NCBI GenBank assembly: GCA_032718475.1
Contig: JAUCBJ010008112.1
Coordinates: 1 to 64,000 of the forward strand
Length of the DNA: 64,000 bases
Direction: 5' to 3'
DNA from: Nemertoderma westbladi
Taxonomy: Eukaryota; Animalia; Xenacoelomorpha
The notes beneath the pieces were generated by a model. That model was given only the letters and a program-made list of their open reading frames with translations, made no database searches and was not told the DNA's origin. The stretch's first letter is position 1, and each line of letters opens with the position of its first letter. The translations under genes and the position numbers were made by a program. Shown piece after piece: positions 49,456 to 61,482 of the stretch.

Positions 49456-50631
49456 AATTAATTAATTAGGTATTTTTGAAGTTATCAAAGCTATTTTTTT
49501 TTTCTCAAATGTTCTAGAACATTTCGTCTATTTATTTTTGTAAAAAGTTGTAAAATGTTCTAGAACAAATATTTTTTGTTCTACAGTAGGACATTTAAAA
49601 AAATGTTATTTTGTGGTGTTTTTATTTGATTAGTAAGTGTTAAAAAGAATTACTAACAACTACTAATTTTCATTGTAGTTAGTGATTTTTATTACATATG
49701 TGATACAAAGATAACATAGAATAAAAAATTATCAAAATTTACAAATTTATATATTTAATGAATAGATAATATGCAAAATGAAAATGTTGGCACGGGCGGA
49801 ACTCTAGCCATAAGTTGGAAGGGGTGTGCCCAAAACAGAGTAGTATCGAAAACATCTCCACTATATGTTCAGTATCTTATCTTAATTTATTCAATTTTAA
49901 GTACTGTAAAGTATACCTGTAGTTGCCATTTCAATTATAAATGGATACATTGTTTTGATGTACCGGTAACTAACTTATGCAAGTGTCATAGCGACATGGA
50001 TAGTCTGTCCTGTAAATGCAACGATAACGAAACGATTAATGAAACGATTTATCTTGCCATGACGACATGATTGTCCTACAGTTATTACGGCATCATCAAC
50101 AACAATTACAGTGAGTTTTGCACATGTCGAGCCTTCATATTCTTGAATATAATGTCTTTATTGTTATCTGACGTTTCCATAACAACCTGGACAGCATCGA
50201 ATGTAGTGTGGTAATTTGACCACGTAACCTATCATGTTTTATGGTTTCTTTAATACTCTATAATATATTTCATTCTTTCAAAAATGTTGATCCGTATAAT
50301 TAAATGCAGAGGAGCCCTGTCTGTATTTGTTTTATGTATGTTATGTATGCTATGTTGCTTAGCTTTTATCACCTTTACTACTGCAGCTGAGATAATCGAG
50401 CTTTATATTTCTATTGCCAACAGAATCCTACAGGAACGCAACCTGAAACCCTCAGACTGACCGCAGTATGACCGAACCGTCGACCTCGAGGTGTTTAATT
50501 GTATTCGCTAACCAGTCGCTGAACTAATATGAAAATATTAGTTTTTTTTTAAATAATTAATAATAAATATTAGTTGTTTTTTATACTTTAATTATGTGTT
50601 ATTTTGTTCAAAACTATTAAGAATTATTACA

Positions 50632-52805
50632 TATACACCATGACCCGTAATATAGTGTCATTTTCTGATGACACGGACCCCCCCCCCCCCCCCAAATTTT
50701 TCTTCAAATCTTTATCATATTGCTTGAAATTTGAAACACAACTAGTTCAACTCACCGTGGTTGTTACCATGAAACCGGAATTTTCGATTTCGCCTTTAAA
50801 TTTTATTTATAAGCGTTTTAAAAAAGTGTCTTTTGCGAAATCGCACCCTCCTGTATCATTGCCATTCTTCACTTCAGTCGTATTTTTTTCATATCAATAA
50901 AAAGCTTGCGTTGCAAGGATTCCAAATATGTAACAATGTCTGAATTTCGTTGAGAAACAGCTGAGATATAGGCGTTCAAAGATTGCAAGAATTATTGTTC
51001 ACTGCAGGCCATTTATTCTATTTAATAAATACACAATATTCTGGAACAATTTGTTTATGTATGATTAGCTACGCAATATAGATATTGTATAGGCATACCG
51101 CTGTTGCCTACCAACTCATAAAATAAATAACACGTTCTAGAATTTTGTGTATTTATTAAATAGAATAAATGGCTTGCAGCGAACAATAATTCTTGCAATC
51201 TTTGAACGCCTATTTCTCAGCTGTTTCTCAATGAAATTCAGATATTGCTACATATTTGGAATCCTTTCAACGCAAGCTTTCTATTGATGTGAAAAAATTA
51301 CGACTAAAGTGAAGAATGGCAATGATACAGAGGGTGCGATTTCGCAAAAGACACTTTTTTAAAACGCTTATAAATAAAATTTAAAGGCGAAATCGAAAAT
51401 TCCGGCTTCATGGTAACAACCACGGTGAGTTGAACTAGTTGTGTTTCAAATTTCAAGCAATATGATAAAGATTTGTAGAAAAATTTGGGGGGGGGGGGGG
51501 GGGGTCCGTGTCATCAGAAAATGACACTATATTACGGATAATTGAATGTACCGACATACTGGTGATGTATATATTAACTTTAAGGTAAACACTAGAGTCT
51601 TACACCCTTTAACTACAAAAAAAATATAGAATCAGGACATTAAGCCCAAAATACCTTCCAGACCCTAAGGCCATCAAGGAACACAAAACAAAACAAACAA
51701 AAAACACAAACACAAGTATAGTATCAGGACATTAAGCCCAAAATACCTTCCAGACCCTAAGGCCATCAAGGAACACAAAACAAAACAAACAAAAAACACA
51801 AACAAAATATATTATACCATGCTCCACATACAAGTATGTATCGCAACCCTAACCCTAAAACCTAGCCGCCATACACTAAATGATACCGGTATTAAACTGC
51901 ACAAAAGCTAAGCCTATATTCTATAAGAAAATATATGACATTTTTGTCGCCGTGAAAGAGGTATGACTAAAACAAAATAATTAATTTGTTAAAAATATGG
52001 TTGCGTTTCGGCGTCTACGACCAGTACGCGCTAATCCTCGACACCTCATCAGCTGGACAGGGAATTAGCCAAGCCTAACTATATTGCACCATTGACCTAA
52101 ATTAATCGCACCATCAACTCAGTTACCACTCAGCCCAAACAGACTTCAGACCTCAGAACATTGGAACACTATAGGCCTACAGTAAGTAAACATGTAACCA
52201 ATGGAAAACTGGTAGTTTGCTAGAGCAAACACACAGCACAAAAATTATATAAGATTTAACAACATGCAGTGATGCCGGAGTTCTGCTCTATCCCAGTAAA
52301 AATTTGGGATATTCATATGTGATAATTGAATGTACCGACATACTGACTAACAGGGGGTTGTGATGTATATATTAACTTTAAGGTAAACACTAGAGTCTTA
52401 CACCCTTTAACTACAAAAAAAATATAGAATATATATGTGGAGCATGGTATAATATATTTTGTTTGTGTTTTTTGTTTGTTTTGTTTTGTGTTTCTTGATG
52501 GCCTTAGGGTCTGGAAGGTATTTTGGGCTTAATGTCCTGATACTATACTTTTGTTTGTGTTTTTTGTTTGTTTTGTTTTGTGTTTCTTGATGGCCTTAGG
52601 GTCTGGAAGGTATTTTGGGCTTAATGTCCTGATACTATACTTTTGTTTGTGTTTTTTGTTTGTTTTGTTTTGTGTTCCTTGATGGCCTTAGGGTCTGGAA
52701 GGTATTTTGGGCTTAATGTCCTGATTCTATATTTTTTTTGTAGTTAAAGGGTGTAAGACTCTAGTGTTTACCTTAAAGTTACTATATTACGGGTCATGGT
52801 GTATA
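50632..52805. mobile_element. MITE with ~410-bp terminal inverted repeats and TA ends (Tc1/mariner-like), with an insertion in its right TIR
   Basis: Left arm ~50632-51047 is the reverse complement of ~51134-51537 plus 52793-52805. Ends TATACACCATGACCCG / CGGGTCATGGTGTATA. Confidence 0.85.
51538..52780. mobile_element. Palindromic insertion with 92-bp subrepeats
   Basis: ~51577-51830 is inverted relative to ~52434-52780. The 92-bp unit occurs twice on the left and three times on the right; flanked by duplicated ACTATATTACGG. Confidence 0.7.
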
Positions 52806-53099
52806 TCAAATAATTATTGAATGATTAAATTTAATTTTAAAATAGTGTTATAAGTTATCAAATGCTTTAATCAAATATGAAGCTTTATCTTAAACCCAAG
52901 ATATGCGAGAGATTTAAGGATGAACTACTGTATCCCTATCAGGATGAACTTGTTTCACAATATTTTGCGGGCATCCCCATACTACTAGGATCGGCATGCT
53001 GCATTGCAGCTGCATTTTTAAGAATGCTGTGCCGGCTTATCGACAAAATTGCACCGCCACAACTCCCTATCACCCATGACATTTGCTAGATCATCCGCA

Positions 53100-54830
53100 T
53101 CTTCAAGGCCAGTGTCCTTTAAGATGCGTCTCAAGAAAGTCATGGGCTAGCCACCATGCTTATTCACTCCATGAGGCTGCTAAAGTACAAGATTATGCAC
53201 TGGCTGGTCCTCACGGGGAAAGCAATGTCCTGCAAAGCGGAGGCGATTTTGTTCTAGTGTCAAGCTTGGGGGAACCAATGAGACACCTCCAATGTTATAT
53301 AGTGTCTGGTTGGAGATGTGTGCATTGAACTTGACACAATGAACCCGGCGTAGCATTCTTGTGAATGTGCCGTCCAGAGATTTGGTGTCCTCAGCAGTTA
53401 GAGCCCAGCATGGACTCCCATAGAGGAGTACTGGAACTACTGCTGCTCTAAATAACCGGACCTTAAGTTTCCGATTAATTCTTGGTGACTTCCAAATCCT
53501 GGAAAGCCTATTCAAGGCTGCCCATGCCTTTCCCTTACGTATTCGAAGGTCCTCACCTGACTTCCGGATCCATGATCCCAGGTAACAGAAGTCATCCACA
53601 TGCTCAAGCATACCATCTTTTGAGCTTATGCTCATCCGATCAGAGACTTGCTGAGGACTTTCAAAGTTAACTGTCAAAATTTTGGTCTTTCTCGAGTTAA
53701 TAAAAAGACCAACACTAGAAGCAGCATGTTCTAATGAGCTGAGGAGCCGTTGGGCTCCCTCTAGTGATTCTGAGAGTACTCCTAAGTCATCAGCAAAGTC
53801 TAGATCAGTTAGGTACTTGGCAGGATTTCCTCGACTTCTGGAGCAAGTAGGTGGAGTTATCATCACCCCATCATCATTATGATGATCTAAGGATATGCGT
53901 AGAACATAGTCAACAACAATTATGAACAAGAATGGTGCAAGTGTGTCTCCCTGGAGGACGCCCCATAACACTTCAAATGGTTCTGTGTCACCGTCAACAG
54001 TAGACACAAATGTTGTCGAACCATCGTATACTGATCTGATTGCTGCAATAATTTCATCAGGAATCCCATATAATGAAAGTATGCTGAACATACGTGAGCG
54101 AGAGACTGAATCAAAGGCCTTGAAGAAGTCAACAAAGATAACAGCCAGATGCCTGTCTTTCTTTTTTGATAACTCTTCAATTATCCTTCTAAGTGCCAAA
54201 ATGGGCTCCATGGTCCCACGACCTTTACGGAACCCATTCTGATTTCCACGGAGCAGTCTCTCAATGGGATCCCTGATGCGATTTAATAGAATTCTATTGT
54301 ATAGCTTTGCAGCAATCGAGATCAATGACATTCCCCGAAAAGAACCATAGAGTGTTAGGTTGCCCTTCTTGGGAACTGGCACCAACTTATTTGTTTTCAT
54401 TTCTTGTGGGACTCTTGTTGTACGGTACATGTCTACTATGATGGGGTAGATGAGCTTTAAACACTCAGGTATTTTAAGACCTCAGGGGGAACACCATCTA
54501 CTCCACTGGCACGATTGGTCTTAATGCTCTTTGCAGCAGCCTTCACTTCTGCAAAGGAGATATCACCAATGGGAATATCTGGGAGTACAGACTCAGACAC
54601 TTTTACTTCTATAAAGTTATCAGGCAATACCCTGTCATTATTGAGGAGCTTTTCAAAGTGGGCCTTCCAACCATTGAGGCGATCGGCTGGTGATTCAGCC
54701 TTAACCTTGGTGGTTGGTTGGCTTCTTCGACCAGCAAGCAAGTTGATCGATCTCCATGCCTGGGATGATTGCCTGCTGTCGTCAGCATCCCCCATAAGGA
54801 ACTTTGTTGCGGCAACCCATGACCTACAAT
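53100..54830 (-). mobile_element. 5'-truncated non-LTR retrotransposon (RTE-like RT), decayed
   Basis: ORFs 54457-54795 and 53180-54430 carry QNGFRKGR, FVDFFKAFDSV, GVLQGDTLAPFLF, LDFADD, FCYLGS, RLRFAGHC. Confidence 0.92.
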
Positions 54831-54997
54831 AATACGGCCTGAAAATCTGCAGCAGCAGCCACTTTATTTTTATATCTTTAACAATTTAATCTAAAAATGT
54901 AGTAGCCGACTTTGTTTTTACTTTCAACTGTTGGTTAACCGCATTTTTAATACAATTGCAAGTAATGAAATGCCTAATATTGTAGCGTAGCGACTAG

Positions 54998-55266
54998 CGA
55001 GCGATATACAACTGCAGCAGTTCGCGCAGCGATGAACCGGGTGGACCGACTTCGTGGGTCGTATTCTCAATCACAGCGATCAGTGTATTGGTAGCGCTGC
55101 TGGGCTGCTACTGTACAGACTGCGGCTTCGGGGTGTTTAGAGGGGCTGCGGGAATCGATCCCACGTTGACCGACAAGGAAGTCGCGTTTGTAAGAGCGCA
55201 CTCGCGAGTGGAGAAAGCTGTGGAAGACTTGAGACACGAAATACTCGAAATGGAACGTTCTCTTGG
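54998..55266 (+). other. Candidate coding exon (hydrophobic helix + short coiled coil), gene unknown
   Basis: Open frame ...WVVFSITAISVLVALLGCYC...VEKAVEDLRHEILEMERSL ends at a G|GTAAGT donor; GC-rich relative to its flanks. The acceptor is uncertain. Confidence 0.3.
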
Positions 55267-56319
55267 TAAGTTTAATACAGTTGCAACGTTTCTATTAGGG
55301 CCTACTGTGTGAGTGAAATATAGTCATCATATTATAGTTGGCATGTTATTTTACTTGCACTTAACGTTCGTGGGGCCATCGCGCAGGACGAGGCTCAGTC
55401 AGATTAAAATTGAGCGACTGTATCACAAAATCAGGTTTTGAGAAATTTACCCACACCACCAATCAATCAAAGAAAGGGGGACAGTACGTGTTCATCTCTT
55501 TTAATCTGCACGCCCCCCCCCCCCCCCTTCCTACCAACCAATACATAACCGCGACATCTACCACCCAAGGGGCGGAAGGGTAGCACAAACTTATTTGCAA
55601 TCACACGTTCAATATGCGAAGCCATGTGGTTTATAGGAAATATCGAGAATTCTAGAAAATCGAGAATACGAGAAACTTGATCGAAATACCTGCTCATCCC
55701 AGTATCCGTCCGTAGTCACCGGACAGCTGCGGTTTATTCCCGTAGAACAGTAGAATTCCCGCAGCTTCCGATCCAATTCGACAACGAATTCGCCTCACAC
55801 TTTCGCATGGCAGAGAACATAATCTGGTACGATACACGTCTGCCTGACTTTCAACAATTTCCCCCAGGCGATCCCAGGATCCGGCTGTCCGGGCCGCCGC
55901 TTAACCCAAATCGCAATCCTCGTCGATTCGTCCAGTCGTCGACGTAAGTCGGACTCTTCCCACCGCACTCCAAGGTGGGTGGCCTGAGTGAGGCATGATG
56001 AACTTGGCAGTGGCCCGCATTACGATCCGACCGACCGCCGTATTCCCAGTGTAGTAAATAGAATCTTACTGACAAGCAAGCAATTCCGTAGTATTTATTC
56101 CTCAGTTAATCGCATCTTGATGCCACTCGGCTGCTCGGGTCCAGATACATCGGACTGTCGGAAGCTGTTGAGATGAAGAAGTTGTTTAGATGGCCTTGCC
56201 AACGACCAACGACCTGAAGACGGTACCGGTAACTCTGTACCACTGTAACAGTTAACAGTACCGGTACCGTACTGTAATCCTGTAGTCTCCTAGCAACCAG
56301 CTGATGCCAAGCCTAATGA

Positions 56320-56663
56320 TTTTTGGGTAGATTAATTTATTATAACCGTATGCTGTACGAAGACCCCACGCAAATTCAATTTGGAAAATTTCTAAACTTT
56401 GGCCAGACTACATGTGTACCAAGTTTAGTTAAATTTCATTAACATTTGGCTGAGTTATTAACGTTTAAAATTGGACACGACAGAACGACAGAACAACAGA
56501 TCGACAGAACAACAGATGAACAGAGCAACAGACACACCGATTGAGTTAGTGGTACCTGTATGCTAAGCTCGCTTACTTTCGTCGCTCGCCCCACAACAGA
56601 CACACCGATTGAGTTAGTGGTACCTGTATGCTAAGGTCGCTTAATTTCGTCGCTCGCCCCACA
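56320..56663 (+). mobile_element. Helentron/HINE-like repeat with a duplicated 3' end
   Basis: Shares AGACTACATGTGTACCAAGTTTAGTT with ~5941. Has an ACAGA microsatellite and a tandemly duplicated end GCTTA.TTTCGTCGCTCGCCCCACAA. Confidence 0.55.
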
Positions 56664-57372
56664 AAATAATGCTTGTTTTGTAATGTTTCTTTATGTATAT
56701 ATATTCTGTTATTCTGTATATATTACCATTTTATTGTTTAGGTTAAAAGTAAATCCCGCATCTTTAATCTTCTCCTTTTCCTCAATTTGTAAGACACAGT
56801 TTATTGTTTTGGTTAGTAAATCCCGCATCTGTAATTTAATAATCCTTTTCCACAATTTGTAAAAAAACCGTTTAGAATTATTCGGTTAACACCTGCTCTG
56901 CTAGGGTCTAAAAGAGTCTCTATCACTAGGGATATAATATTAGTTTTATTAATAATATTATGTTAATTACATAATATTATTAACTAGTAGCTGTATTATA
57001 TAGGTCCCTACTATAAATTATAAACTGTAAATTAGCCATACAACTGTAGGCTGTGTTGTATACTGTATACGCGTAGGCCTACACATTTAATAGTACCGAG
57101 TGTAATTTTATAGCCGGAGTAACAGACAGAAATACGAAATACAACCAGCAACACGTAATAAATTCAGGTTGTAGAGTGAGCACCCAACAGACTGCCACGT
57201 GCTACGTTGAATACTGTTTGTGTACGACTCAAACCGAGGATAAGAAGAATTGTTAGTTTATGTGCAGTGCGCACACAAATAACGAATTATATCAAAGTTA
57301 GCTAATCTTAATAAAAGGTTGGCGTAAAATAATTCCAGTACTTGTGCCGTCCTGGGTACTACTGTACGGCCG

Positions 57373-57765
57373 TATGGGGTATAATTAGTGGACCCGTCTA
57401 TCGTCGTTTGAACGCTAATAAGTCAGTCAATCTCGGATGAAATGGAACCAAACTTGGTACACATGTAGTCTGTCAAAGGGTTAGAAATTGTACAGAGAGA
57501 CTGTGTATTTGTCTGCCGCTAGGGGACGAATTTAGAAACGAGAAAGTAGCTGTATTTATAGAACCAACCTTCAGATTGATCAGAAATTTGGTAGGAGTGA
57601 CATACGGGCATTGCTGAATAAAAAAAATCTGCTCACAGATAGACTGTTCGTCTTGTACAGTTCTTCTATCTGCCGCTAAGGGGAGAATGACTAGGTTCAC
57701 TAATTGTACCTCTACGCAAAGGCTCATCTGGACTTACGTGCTGCGCGAAGTCCCCACATACGTGT
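57373..57765 (-). mobile_element. Inverted copy of the 5530-6090 repeat family
   Basis: Reverse-complement similarity over ~390 bp. Confidence 0.7.
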
Positions 57766-58383
57766 CTATTCTGTATACATCAGGTTCCTAAATGAATTGT
57801 TCCACGTTCCCACAAATAATGTTCAAAAGTACAATCTCATGGCATACTTGTAGTATCTTAATTCAGTGGCCTGAACCATCTGATATTAATCCTCAACGCT
57901 ATTCAGATGTTTTACAGAATTAGGATCCTTGTGGGCGAATCATCGCGGCCCATCTGTACAAATAATTACGGTAACAAAAACGGCTCAAATTAGTGGCGGT
58001 GTTAATGGTGCAATATTGGTACGTTTAATAGTGAGATATATTTTCAATCACTTGTATCAAAAGTCTGAAAGCGAAAATAGTATTCCAGGAGTTGGGACTT
58101 TTGGTAATATTATTTCAGTTGTTTTATTGCAGTTTGGCCCCAATTATATTCTAGCGGTATTGGAGAGGTAATAAGCCAGCGATGCACACTACCCGGAGTC
58201 CGTTGCCACTGTAAAAGCTTCTGTGGGATGCAACTGGTCCTTCGCCCCGCGATCCAGTTTTTCCCCCATACGCTGAAATACTCTGAAACCTGCTGTAAAA
58301 GCGTTTACAGATATAATTGGATCCCCTAGCCCTCGGGGTGCTGTATAAGTGTTTTTAACGGACATAAAATAGATTCTTCTGAA

Positions 58384-59487
58384 TGTGTGCTTTATGCGGA
58401 CGTAGCAGGGTACACAACCCGCAATGCGGCATTTCACTGTCACTATGTCAAGGGAAGGATTCTGATTACGACATCTCCCAGCTGGATGATGACGTGGAGG
58501 GAGCTCTCATTGGACTCCTGGTTCCTTTGTTTTGGTCTAACAACCAATCAGGGTGATTTGCGTTTTCCTTGAAGAGATACCTACAGCAGCTCCCAAACTC
58601 AGTGTTTATGTCGTTCCATACTGCCTGAAGATCGGCTGGAATGACGCAATGTTTCTGCCTTTTTATAAGAACATTAGTAGGCTAAATTATAGAAAGCATA
58701 GCTATTATCGATTCGATCCGATTCGATTCGACACGATTCCAATTTATAACTTAACGATTCAATGCAATCTAATTATATCTTAACCTACCGTCATACTGCT
58801 TTTACTGTTTGTAATTTTGTATCAGTATAATTGGATGTTATTAGTTGAAGAATATCAATAATCAACCCACATTTTCCCAATATCTTTGATACACTACAGG
58901 TTAGAGAGAAAGGTTATGTACAACAATTGCGACTTTATTATTGTGTTTGTAGTGAATCTAATGTTGTTTGACAGACACTACCTGAGTCCAGTGCATATCT
59001 CTTTATACCTGATCAAAGTCAGTAACTGTCGGCATATCAGTGAGCAGTGTTGTGCGTTACCGGTAGCGTGCGTGATTGTAAAGTGATTGGATCTGATAAT
59101 AAAGCATTCCTAAAGAATGCGCCCTATGCTTGAAATTTAAGCCATATCGTTGTGTGTAGTATCAGTCATAACTCTGTTTACATAGGTAGAGCGCCACGTC
59201 CTAAAAGGAACTGCTAATATTTCCCGAAAGTGAATAATATTTGTCAGAGATTATATATTAGTAATCAATCGAATAATACAGTAGGCTTGACCGCAAATAA
59301 ATTTAAGCCCACGAATCCAGTCTCCCGGTGTTATAAACGGGTCATTTGGACGCGCATGGACTGGCTTCGGCTAATGTTTTTGGTTTGTTTTGTATTAAAT
59401 CTTATCATCTTACAAAAGGCAGATTATCAATAAAGACATATAAATTTCGGCAGGTTAAACTGCTGAAGGTCTATAAAAGCGCGTACA
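58384..59487 (+). mobile_element. 5' LTR of BEL/Pao element C (~1.1 kb, TG...CA)
   Basis: Colinear with the reverse complement of 13056-14152. Ends GCGCGTACA (A: GCGCGAACA). Conserved TTATAAGAAC at ~58663. The start is uncertain by a few bases. Confidence 0.8.
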
Positions 59488-59498
59488 ATAATAGCTAT
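59488..59498 (+). promoter_or_regulatory. Putative self-priming primer-binding site of element C
   Basis: ATAATAGCTAT abuts the LTR's terminal CA and is the exact reverse complement of ATAGCTATTAT at 58698-58708. Confidence 0.65.
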
Positions 59499-59744
59499 CG
59501 ATCTTATTTGCGGTAAGCAATAAGATTGAAAATACCGGTACTACTACCGTAGGTCCGTAGGCCCAACTGTCATAACCGGTACTGCTGTGCAAGTACATTA
59601 GTATTATTTCGATTGTGATCTATTGTATATTGTGGGCTGCCAGGGGAATAGGGATTGATCACCCCTCATTCTTTTGTATAGTTTACTTATTTCTGTCGGT
59701 TTTATTTACTAGTAAGTTAATATTGAGCCGAAGACGTGTAAGTC

Positions 59745-60325
59745 TGCTCAGATTGTTCAGATCATTGTAGGCTGGACTGTTGTCTGACGGTTGTTAGGCT
59801 TGAAGATTACAGCGTGTGTAGAGAGTCTGATAGGTGCCAGTTAGTAAGTTGGGGCAACTCGTAAGTTGTAAGGTCAACCCCTATAAAGAATAAGCCGCGC
59901 TACCTTATTAGCACGCATACTCACTAACAAGTTTCGGAATCTGCATATACTGTGGTTATTTAGGCTTGATAGTAGTCCGTCAGCGTTTATCCTGTATTGT
60001 TTGTATAGTCTGTTCAGATACCGTAATATTATTCAGATATTTTGTGGGCTGGATTGTTGCCTAGCTGTTGTTGGGTCTGAAGGAATTGCTACGTGTGTAG
60101 AGTAAGTCTGATAAAGTGCCGTTAGTAAGTTGGGGCAGCCATCGCTGTAAGGACAATCCCCTCTTAAAGAATAAGTCGTACTACCGTATTAGCACGCATA
60201 CTAACTAACAGTTTCAGAATCTGCACATACAGTAGTTTGTTTAGGCTTAGTGGTAGTCTGTCAGCATTTTAGTTTGTATTTTATTTGAGTATTCTGTACG
60301 GGTAGCGTAATATTTATTATTCAGA
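59745..60325 (+). repeat. Diverged ~277-bp tandem duplication in the 5' leader of element C
   Basis: GGCTGGA.TGTTG...GTTAGTAAGTTGGGGCA...ATTAGCACGCATACT at ~59770 and ~60047. Confidence 0.75.
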
Positions 60326-61482
60326 GTTTATGCAATTACTCGCAACATTCATGTCCCCAAGTTTATTCCTACAGTAATTGTGTTTGTTATACATACCGTT
60401 ATAGTTAAATTAACCCCAGTACTACACGGGCTGCTTGGCGTAGGTAAAGACTGGTGACTTAGTGCCCCGGTCACTCCAGCAGATGCTGTGGTTCTTTTAA
60501 CTGTTCAAGTATATTTAACTACTGGTTATCTGTTTTACAAGTACCTGTACCTAATTTAGGGTTTAGTGTACAGTGCTGTCCGAGAGTAATTAGTGTAGGC
60601 ATTATTGTGTTGTAAAGTAGTTAATAGGCACGCTCGTTCTGGTAGACGGCGGTAATTAACTTCTAGGTAGGAACACTCCGTAGATACATAACGTTGTACC
60701 TATAGCGCTACGGCTGTAGGTCGTCAGGCGGTGGTATTTTCCTATCTAGACAACGCAATATTTACTTCTGCTTATTATTTTCAAATACCGTAGTATCCTG
60801 TCCGTTGAAATAACCAGGAGATCTAACCCTTTGTTAGACTGGTTAGTAGTTTCCCTGTAAAATTGCCCTAAAAATCTGTACGTACCGTTTTTGTGTGTTT
60901 ATTAGAGATTGTAATCTCACCAATAGTAAGTAACTAGTAAATAAGTAACGTAGGCCAGTAGAATTATTCTGTTTAGTGTCCCATAAGTAGCACTTCACTG
61001 AAAGCGCACAGCTTCTGTGTAGTGGTATTTTACCGGAAATAGTAACACCTATTTCAATCTTGTAACAAATCCCTTATCAGGGTATATATATATTATAAAT
61101 CAACTCCAAAGATTTATAAATCAGTAGGCCTGTCATACAACAAGTAGGTCTCAATATCAGTTGGACTACTGCTTACATAACGGTAACAGAGTAAACTCAA
61201 GTAACTAAGTAACCTTATAATTTCAGAAATTCAATTATCCTAAATAATTGATATACCGGTATCTATAATAGGCTTAATATATATTTGTATATATTTGTAC
61301 TGAAATTATATACCGGTACTCTGTGACAAACCTAGTCTGCAATAATTATATATACTGTGGGTGTATACCGGTATCCTAATATATCGTAATTAATTACCGG
61401 TACTAGGCCAACAGTCCTACTGAATTACTGGACTTGCTTTAACTGTAACTATAGCAGTAGGCATTCAACTGTATAACTAAAC

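Noticed and set aside
51845-51860. Telomeric repeat
   Set aside because: Only about two AACCCT units; not significant.
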